The notes under the pieces were generated by a model. The model ran no database searches and had not been told where the DNA came from. It saw only the letters and a list, made by a program, of their open reading frames with translations. Of a stretch of DNA of 32,000 nt, positions 16,985 to 23,647 are shown one piece after another; position 1 is the stretch's first letter, and each line of letters starts with the position of its first letter. Source of the stretch: Longivirga aurantiaca (GTDB lineage Bacteria > Actinomycetota > Actinomycetes > S36-B12 > CAIYMF01). The DNA is taken from positions 90,001-122,000 of the forward strand of contig NZ_JBHSTI010000008.1 of the NCBI RefSeq assembly GCF_042660085.1, in the 5' to 3' direction. The translations under genes were made by a program, and so were the position numbers.

Positions 16985-18079
16985 GTGTCGATGACCGCGT
17001 CCGACGTCGGCGCGCCGGCCATCCCGGAGCGTCGGGTCTCGACCGTCGTCGTCGCGGGCACGCATGTGCGGCTCGCCCGCCTCAGCCACCTCCTGCAGAT
17101 GTCGGGCGTCGAGGTCCTGGGCGCGGCGAAGACGGCCGAGGACGCCGTGACCCTCGTCGGCACCCTCGGCCCGGACACGGTTCTGCTCGACCTCGCGCTC
17201 GGGGTCGGTGGCCTCGAGGTGGTCGAGCGCGTCATGGCGCGCTGCCCCACGCCGATCGTGCTCATCGGCCCCGCGTCGCAGCAGGCCGACGTCGCGCTCG
17301 CCGCCGGGGCGGTGGACGTCGTGGCTCCGACCGCCGAGCACCTCGGGCCCGGCGCCTTCGCCCGTGTGCTCGGACGTCATCTCAGCGTCGCCAGCCGGGT
17401 CCGGGTCATCACCCACCCGCGCGGCAAGCTCCGCGACCGCGGTCTCGCCTCGGACGGCGTCTCGCCTGCGCCGGTCCAGCACGGCGCCTTCCGCCGTACG
17501 CCGGTGGTCGTCATCGGCGCCTCCACGGGCGGACCGCCCGCCCTCGCCTCCCTCCTCGGATCGCTGCCGCCCGACTTCCCGGCACCGGTGGTCGTCGTCC
17601 AGCACATGGCCGAGGGGTTCGTCGAGGGCCTCGCCGGCTGGCTCGACGGCGTGGTGCCGCTGCCCGTCTCCGTCGCCCTCTCCGGCGACCGCCTGCGCCC
17701 CGGCCATGTCGTGGTCGCCCCGAGCGACGGCAACCTGGTCGTCGAGAGCTCCCTGCGCATCCGGGTGGAGCCGGCGCGCCCCTCGCAGCTGCACGTGCCC
17801 GAGGTCGACCGCACCTTCCGCTCGGTCGCCGAGGTGTGCCGCGACCGCGCCGTCGGCGTCCTGCTCACGGGCATGGGGCGTGACGGCGCAACCGGCCTGC
17901 TCGCGATGCGGCGGGTCGGTGCGTTCACGATCGCCCAGGACGAGAGCACCAGCGCCGTGTGGGGCATGCCGGCCGCTGCGCTCGCGGTCGACGCGGCCTC
18001 GGTCGAGCTGCCGCTCCCCGAGATCGCCGCGGCTGTGCTCGACGCCGTCGCGCGGCTCGCCGTCCCGGAGGCGGTGTGA
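16985..18079 (+). CDS. cheB: Protein-glutamate methylesterase/glutaminase CheB with a degenerate N-terminal receiver domain
   Basis: The C-terminal domain has the CheB catalytic triad contexts VVIGASTGGPPAL (Ser), VVVVQHMAEGF (His) and LLTGMGRDGATGL (Asp). The N-terminal roughly 120 aa has receiver-like topology (VLLDLAL) but lacks the DD pair and the conserved Lys. Confidence 0.85.
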   Translation: MSMTASDVGAPAIPERRVSTVVVAGTHVRLARLSHLLQMSGVEVLGAAKTAEDAVTLVGTLGPDTVLLDLALGVGGLEVVERVMARCPTPIVLIGPASQQADVALAAGAVDVVAPTAEHLGPGAFARVLGRHLSVASRVRVITHPRGKLRDRGLASDGVSPAPVQHGAFRRTPVVVIGASTGGPPALASLLGSLPPDFPAPVVVVQHMAEGFVEGLAGWLDGVVPLPVSVALSGDRLRPGHVVVAPSDGNLVVESSLRIRVEPARPSQLHVPEVDRTFRSVAEVCRDRAVGVLLTGMGRDGATGLLAMRRVGAFTIAQDESTSAVWGMPAAALAVDAASVELPLPEIAAAVLDAVARLAVPEAV

Positions 18080-18080
18080 G

Positions 18081-19481
18081 ATGACCACAGTCGCCCCGAG
18101 CCGTGAGCTCACCGACTCCGAGCACCTGGCCCTCGCCGAGTTCCTCTCGCGGACGGCCGGCCTGGTGTTCGACCGCAGTCGTCGTCCGGCCATCGCCGGG
18201 ATCGTCTCCGACCGCATCGCCGCGACCGGTGCAGCCGACCTCGGTGCCTACCTCGCGCGGGTCAGCGCACCGACGGGCGCCGACGAGCGGCAGCGCCTCC
18301 TCGACGAGGTCACGATCCCCGAGACGCACTTCTTCCGGAACCCGCCGCAGATGCACGCGCTGCAGCACCGTCTGCTGCCCGAGCTCATGCGCCGCGCCGT
18401 CGCCCGCGGCCGCGCGCTGACGATCTGGAGCGCAGGCTGCTCGAGCGGCGAGGAGCCATACTCGCTCGCGATGCTCGCGCTCGAGGTGGCCGAGACGCTG
18501 CCCGAGGCGCCCGAGATCCGCATCGTGGCCACCGACCTCTCCTCCGCCGCGGTCAGCGCGACCGTGCGGGGAAGGTACGCCGGACGCTCCCTCGCCCTCG
18601 TCGAGCCGGAGCGGCTCGAGCGGTTCTTCGCGCCGGGCGTGGGCGGTGCCTTCGAGGTGTCGCCCGAGGTCCGTGCGCTCGTCGACGTACGGCTGCACAA
18701 CCTCGTGACCGACCAGCCGCCGTTCGAGCACGGCGAGGTCGACCTCGTCGTGTGCCGCAACGTCACCATCTACTTCGCGCGCGACACGACCCGCGACCTC
18801 GTCGGACGCTTCCACGGAGTGCTCGGCGCCGGCGGCTACCTGGTGCTCGGCCACGCCGAGACGCTGTGGCAGGTGACCGACGCGTTCACGCTCGTGACCC
18901 TCGGGGACGCGTTCGCCTACCGCAAGGACGTGCCGGTCGTCCGCGTGCCTGAGCCCGAGCCCGAGCCGGAGCCGCGCCCCCGGCGTCCGCTGCCGGCGCC
19001 CCGCGTCGCGCCCCCGCGGCCGCACTCGCGCGACGAGCTCGACCACGTCCCGGACCCCGACCTCGCCACCGACCTGCTGCGCCTCGCCCGCGAGGCGATG
19101 GAGCAGACGAGGTACGGCGAGGCCGCGCGTCTGGCGGCTGCGGCCGCGACGGCGAGCCCGTTCGAGGTCGACGCGTACCTCGTCGAGGGACGCGCCCGCG
19201 CGACCGTCGGCGACGACGCCGGCTCGCTCGTGGCCCTGCGCAAGGCGGTCTACCTGTCGCCCGAGCTCGGGCACGCCCGCTTCGCGCTGGCCGGAGCGCT
19301 GTCGCGCTGCGGCGAGCACGCCGCCGCCGCGCGCGAGTACCGCGCCGCGGCCGTCTCCCTGCCGAGCACGTCGGAGAGCGAGCTCGTCGACCTGCTCGAC
19401 GGCTGCGACGTCGTCCAGCTCGTGACGCTGAGCCGCCGCCTCGCCGACGAGTGCGACCGGCGGGCTGTCGAGGAGGGGTGA
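18081..19481 (+). CDS. cheR: Chemotaxis protein methyltransferase CheR with a C-terminal TPR-like extension
   Basis: ATG 18081 lies 1 nt after the cheB stop. It has a CheR_N region (ETHFFRNPPQMHAL), a SAM-binding core (LTIWSAGCSSGEEPYSLAM, VVCRNVTIYF), a Pro/Glu-rich linker and TPR-like helices (EQTRYGEAARLAAAA...AYLVEGRARATVGDDAGSLVALRKAVYLSPELGHARFALAGAL). Confidence 0.88.
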   Translation: MTTVAPSRELTDSEHLALAEFLSRTAGLVFDRSRRPAIAGIVSDRIAATGAADLGAYLARVSAPTGADERQRLLDEVTIPETHFFRNPPQMHALQHRLLPELMRRAVARGRALTIWSAGCSSGEEPYSLAMLALEVAETLPEAPEIRIVATDLSSAAVSATVRGRYAGRSLALVEPERLERFFAPGVGGAFEVSPEVRALVDVRLHNLVTDQPPFEHGEVDLVVCRNVTIYFARDTTRDLVGRFHGVLGAGGYLVLGHAETLWQVTDAFTLVTLGDAFAYRKDVPVVRVPEPEPEPEPRPRRPLPAPRVAPPRPHSRDELDHVPDPDLATDLLRLAREAMEQTRYGEAARLAAAAATASPFEVDAYLVEGRARATVGDDAGSLVALRKAVYLSPELGHARFALAGALSRCGEHAAAAREYRAAAVSLPSTSESELVDLLDGCDVVQLVTLSRRLADECDRRAVEEG

Positions 19482-19483
19482 GC

Positions 19484-20059
19484 GTGTCCCTGTTCACCGC
19501 TGCACCGACGCCGTCGGCCGCGCGCCGTTCCGCGGCTCCAGCCCCGGCGCCCGCTGCCGTCGAGCCCGGCCCGCGCACGCCGGTGAGCGGCGACGGCGGC
19601 CACGTGCTGTTCGCGGTCGGTGCCACGACCTTCGCCGTCGCCGTGGGCGACGTCCACGAGATCACCCGTGCGCCGCGGCTCGACCTCCTGCCCGAGATCG
19701 ACCGGCCCGGCTACGGCTTGGCCGTCGCGCTCGTCGACGTGCGGGGACGCTCGGTGCCGGTGGTCGACCTGCGCACCGATCGGTCGTGCCCCGGCGATGT
19801 GCTGCTGCCGGTCTACCGGCGGCACGCGGGCCTCGTCGTCGACCGTGTGGTGCGGGTGACCGCTGCGGGCGAGCTCGTGCCCGAGACCGACGAGGTGCCC
19901 GAGACGCTGCCGTCGTGGACGCGCGGGATCGTGCGCCCGGCCGGCGGCGGCGACCCGGTCGTCGTGGTCGCGATGCCCGACGCCGCGGCGATCGAGACCG
20001 GCGGTGCGCGGGCCGGCGAGCCACCGCTCGGGTCGCCGGTGCTCGGCGCCGAGGCCTGA
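19484..20059 (+). CDS. cheW: CheW-like coupling protein
   Basis: GTG 19484 lies 2 nt after the cheR stop. After an Ala/Pro-rich N-terminus comes a CheW-like domain: VLFAVGATTFAVAVGDVHEITRAP...VDVRGRSVPVVDLR...AGLVVDRVVRV. Confidence 0.75.
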   Translation: MSLFTAAPTPSAARRSAAPAPAPAAVEPGPRTPVSGDGGHVLFAVGATTFAVAVGDVHEITRAPRLDLLPEIDRPGYGLAVALVDVRGRSVPVVDLRTDRSCPGDVLLPVYRRHAGLVVDRVVRVTAAGELVPETDEVPETLPSWTRGIVRPAGGGDPVVVVAMPDAAAIETGGARAGEPPLGSPVLGAEA

Positions 20060-20144
20060 GCCGCGGCGAAGCCCGTGCATCGGCGCCACGGGTCCGACAT
20101 CCTGGCTGTGGCGGGCAGGGGGCCCGGAGGGGCAGGTCGCGCAC

Positions 20145-20699
20145 ATGTCGTCGTACCGACGGACCGTGGTGGGCGACGTCGTGCCTGGCCGCGGCGCCAT
20201 CGCGTTCGCCTGGGCGGTCTCGATCGCCGTGTTCGGGCTGTCCTTCGTCGCCACCCTCGTCGTCACGATGCTGCTGGTGTCGCCCGTCGCGATGCGCGCG
20301 GATGCGAGCAACCCCCTGGGCGTGCAGTGGGACTCCTGGGCGTCGTGGCTCTGCCTCGGCCTCGCCCTGCTCGTGGGGACCCTGATGATCACGGCCGGCG
20401 GGGGCAGCGGCCTCGTGTGGAAGTGGGCGGAGCTGCGCGTGCTCGACGGCACGGGCGCCGTGGCGTCATGGCCTCGGCGTGCGCTGCGGCCGCTCGTGCT
20501 CGGTGTCGTGGTGCTCGCGGTGCTCGCCGTACGGCACGACACCGGGGGTGCGCTGATCGGGATCGCCCTCGTGGGCGTGGCGCTCGGAACGTCGCTGGCT
20601 GCGGCGGACCGCCGCGGGGTGATGGAGCGGGCGCTCGGGCTGCGCGACGTGACCTACGGTCAGGTGCCCGCCCCCGACGACCACCCCGTGACGACCTGA
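20145..20699 (+). CDS. Small integral membrane protein (about 4 TM), possibly RDD-family-like
   Basis: ATG 20145 lies within ORF 20004..20699. Hydrophobic segments include AIAFAWAVSIAVFGLSFVATLVVTMLLV, WLCLGLALLVGTLMI, LVLGVVVLAVLAV and ALIGIALVGVALG. Resemblance to RDD proteins is weak, and the family call has low confidence. Confidence 0.5.
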   Translation: MSSYRRTVVGDVVPGRGAIAFAWAVSIAVFGLSFVATLVVTMLLVSPVAMRADASNPLGVQWDSWASWLCLGLALLVGTLMITAGGGSGLVWKWAELRVLDGTGAVASWPRRALRPLVLGVVVLAVLAVRHDTGGALIGIALVGVALGTSLAAADRRGVMERALGLRDVTYGQVPAPDDHPVTT

Positions 20700-20711
20700 G
20701 CCGTCGGTGCG

Positions 20712-21809
20712 TCAGACGTAGCGCTCGAGGATGCTGGACTCCGCGAGCCGGCTGAGGCCCTCGCGGATCGAGCGGGCGCGCGTTTCGCCCACGCCCTCGA
20801 CGGCCTGCAGGTCGTCGATGCTCGCGGCCAGCAGGCGCTGGAGCCCGCCGAAGTGGTCGACGAGGCGGTCGAGCACGACCTCGGGCAGGCGCGGCACGCG
20901 GGCGAGCAGGCGGAAGCCGCGCGGGCTGACGGCCTGGTCGAGCACCTCGGGCGCGGTCGGGAATCCGATCGCGCGGGCGACCGTCGTGAGGTCGAGGAGC
21001 TCGGTGGCGGTCAGCGCGTCGAGGTCGTCGAGCGCCGTCTCGAGGGTGCGGGCCGACTTCTTGCTCGTGGGAGCCGGGAGGTAGTCGCGGATCACGAGCT
21101 GGCGGTCGATGTCGACGCCGGCGATGAGCTCGATGAGCTGCAGCGAGAGCAGGCGGCCGTCGGTGCCGAGCTCGACGAGGTAGTCGGAGATCTCCGCCGA
21201 GATGCGCCGGACCATCTCGAGCCGCTGGGCCACCGCGCAGACGTCGCGGACGGTGACGAGGTCCTCGATCTCGAGCGCCGAGAGGGTGCCGCTGACCTCG
21301 TCGAGGCGCATCTTGTAGCGCTCGAGGGTGGCGAGGGCCTGGTTGGCGCGCGACAGGATCTGGCCGGAGTCCTCGAGCACGTGGCGGCGACCGGCCACGT
21401 ACAGGGCGATCGTGTTCATGGACTTGCTGACGCTCACGACGGGGAAGCCGGCCTGCTTGGAGACGCGGTCGGCGGTGCGGTGGCGGGTGCCCTGCTCGTC
21501 GGTGGGGATCGTGGGGTCGGGCAGGAGCTGGACCGCGGCGCGCAGCAGGCGGGTGCCCTCGCGGTCGCAGATGACCGCGCCGTCCATCTTCGCGAGCTCG
21601 CGCAGGCGCTGCGCCGAGAACTCGATGTCGAGGGAGAAGCCGCCGGATGCCATCGCCTCGATGGTGCGGTCGTGGCCGAGGACGACGAGCCCGCCGGTGC
21701 GACCGCGCAGGATGCGCTCGAGGCCGTCGCGCAGGACCGTTCCCGGGGCCACCGCGGCGATCGCCGCCCGCAGGGCGAGGTCGACCTCGTCGCGCTTCTC
21801 GCTCGCCAC
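20712..21809 (-). CDS. disA: DNA integrity scanning protein DisA (diadenylate cyclase)
   Basis: 365 aa with a GTG start. The DAC domain has GGLVVLG, DGAVICD and the RHRTA motif. A linker and a C-terminal HhH region follow (LLDLTTVARAIGF...LQAVEGVGETRARSIREGL). It lies downstream of radA on the same strand, the conserved radA-disA pair. Confidence 0.93.
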   Translation of the reverse strand: MASEKRDEVDLALRAAIAAVAPGTVLRDGLERILRGRTGGLVVLGHDRTIEAMASGGFSLDIEFSAQRLRELAKMDGAVICDREGTRLLRAAVQLLPDPTIPTDEQGTRHRTADRVSKQAGFPVVSVSKSMNTIALYVAGRRHVLEDSGQILSRANQALATLERYKMRLDEVSGTLSALEIEDLVTVRDVCAVAQRLEMVRRISAEISDYLVELGTDGRLLSLQLIELIAGVDIDRQLVIRDYLPAPTSKKSARTLETALDDLDALTATELLDLTTVARAIGFPTAPEVLDQAVSPRGFRLLARVPRLPEVVLDRLVDHFGGLQRLLAASIDDLQAVEGVGETRARSIREGLSRLAESSILERYV

Positions 21810-21969
21810 CGTCGGCCCCCTGCGTCTCGCGCCCGGGCTCGTGGGTTCACGCGCTGGCTGCGGCTCCCGGGCGCCGCCACTCTAGCGACGCGCGGCGAGC
21901 GGGTGCCGCTCCGGGTCGCGCCGATACGTTCTCGAGACGTGCGAGCCCGCGTTGCGCGCTGCTGGTCGG

Positions 21970-23472
21970 TCAGACGACGGAGAGGTGGCGCAGCATCGCG
22001 AACGCGTCCTCGAGGTGGTGCACCTCGGTGATGCGTGCGCCGTCGAGGGCGCCGCGGGCATCCGGCGGCAGCTTGGCCCTGGTGCCGCGGGGGACGAGGA
22101 TCCGCTCGAAGCCCAGGCGGCGCGCCTCGGCCACGCGCTGGGCGAGGAACGGCACGGGTCGCACGTCGCCCGACAGGGCGACCTCGCCGATCGCGAGCAC
22201 GTCGCCGTGCAGCGCGCGGTCGAGGCTCGCCGACGCGATCGCGAGGCAGACCGCGAGGTCGCAGGCAGGGTCCGAGAGCTTGGCCCCGCCGACGGTGGCG
22301 ACGTACACCTCCTTGTCGGAGATGGGTCGGCGTACCGAGCGCTCGGTGACCGCGATGAGCATGGAGACCCGGGCGGCGTCGAGCCCGCTGACGCCGCGAC
22401 GGGGGTTGGGGGTGGCGGCGTTGGTGACGAGCGACTGCACCTCGGCCAGCATCGGGCGCCGGCCCTCCATCGTGACCGTGACGCAGACGCCGGGGACGGG
22501 CTTGTCGCGGTGCTCGCGGAACAGGTCGCTGGGGTCGGTGACCTCGCGCAGGCCGTCCTCGGCCTGCTCGAAGCAGACGATCTCGTCGGCCGGGCCGTAG
22601 CGGTTCTTCACCGCGCGCAGCAGGCGCAGCGCGGTGTGGCGGTCGCCCTCGAAGGTGAGGACGGTGTCGACGAGGTGCTCGAGGGCGCGGGGCCCGGCGA
22701 TGCTGCTGTCCTTGGTCGACTGGCCGACGATGAGCATCGGCGTACGGCGGGACTTCGCGACCCGGCTCAGCACCTGGGTGACCTCGACGACCTGCGAGAC
22801 GCCGCCGGCGCGGCCCTCGACGTCGGCGCTGGCGATGGTCTGCACCGAGTCGACGATGATCAGCGCGGGATCGTGCTCCTCGATGTGGCCGAGGAGGGTG
22901 GCGAGGTCGTTCTCGTCGGCGAGCAGCAGGCGCTCGGAGTCGGCGCCGATGCGCCGGGCCCTGACGCCGATCTGCTCGACCGACTCCTCGCCCGAGACGT
23001 ACAGCACGGTGCTGCGCCCGCCGGTGACGCCGGCGTCCCACTCGCCCGCCGTCGCGGTGCCGCCGGAGGCCGCCGAGGAGGCGCTGCGCCCCGCGTCCGT
23101 GCCGCCGGGCTCGGCGAGGCGCTCGGCGACGTGGTGGCCCACGGCGAGCAGCAGCGTGGACTTGCCGACGCCCGGCTCGCCCGCGACGAGCACGACCTGG
23201 CCGGGGACGAGGCCGCCGCCGAGGACGCGGTCGAACTCGCCGATGCCGCTGGAGGAGCGGACGACCTCCTGCTCGGCGATCTGGCTGACGGGTCGGGCCG
23301 CACGCGTGGGGGCCACGCCGTCCGTGCGGGCCTTGAGCCCCGACGCCGACGTTGGCGCCGACACCTCGGCCACCGTGCCCCACGCCTGGCACTCGCCGCA
23401 GCGGCCGACCCACTTGGGCGACGTCCACCCGCACTCCGTGCACCGGAACCCCGGCAGCCGCACCTTCGCCAT
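21970..23472 (-). CDS. radA: DNA repair protein RadA/Sms
   Basis: ORF 21970..23673 is trimmed to ATG 23472 ([32 protein letters not shown] = zinc ribbon). It has Walker A [12 protein letters not shown], the KNRYG motif and a Lon-protease-like C-terminal domain. A low-complexity insertion follows Walker A (see findings). Confidence 0.92.
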   Translation of the reverse strand: [500 protein letters not shown]

Positions 23473-23525
23473 GCCCCGCACCCTACGGACCCCCACCGAC
23501 CCCACCCCGACCCCGTCGACCCTCG

Positions 23526-23582
23526 GTTCCGGATGAAGGCGACCTTCATCCAATAGAGCCGAACAATCCTTCCCATCACGGA
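23526..23582 (+). repeat. Intergenic repeat family, copy B (short form)
   Basis: GATGAAGG-CGA-CCTTCATC (23532-23550) is followed by CAATAGAGCCGAACAATCCTTCCCATCAC. It lies in the divergent radA / AbiEi-like intergenic region. Confidence 0.85.
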
Positions 23583-23647
23583 CGGCGTTATCCACAGCCC
23601 CCGCATTCATCCTGGCCGCGGTTCCAGGCGGCGTGGAGCCTGAGGGC

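Noticed and set aside
16513-17265. Antisense 250-aa ORF whose 3' part encodes an acidic D-P/D-x-x repeat (PIDPTDRADPIDPIESTDPVEAMESTDPVDAIDRIERSE) opposite the Ser-periodic ORF.
   Set aside because: It shares third-codon positions with the plus-strand ORF, so GC3 does not discriminate between them. Its 5' part is antisense to the cheB start and is Arg/Pro junk. No plausible start codon with an SD lies just upstream of the repeat. It uses AGG and CTA codons, which I expect to be rare in high-GC actinobacterial genes. It overlaps the upstream gene end by 17 nt. It remains a formal alternative to be tested by Ribo-seq.
18949-18972. Hexanucleotide repeat GAGCCC/GAGCCG x4 encoding (PE)4 in CheR.
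   Set aside because: It lies in the Pro/Glu-rich linker between the methyltransferase and TPR regions. This is ordinary low-complexity linker sequence, not an independent feature.
16790-20699. Whether the cheB-cheR-cheW cluster is a recently acquired mobile island.
   Set aside because: There is no flanking tRNA, integrase, transposase or direct repeats. By eye, GC content and codon style are indistinguishable from the surrounding genes. I therefore describe it as a lineage-specific insertion relative to other actinobacteria, not as a mobile element.
21810-21969. The 160-nt radA-disA spacer as a possible c-di-AMP (ydaO-type) riboswitch or other structured RNA.
   Set aside because: I could not recognise any of the conserved ydaO features or any strong extended hairpin. 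It is probably just an intercistronic spacer with an internal promoter. An Infernal/Rfam scan would settle it.
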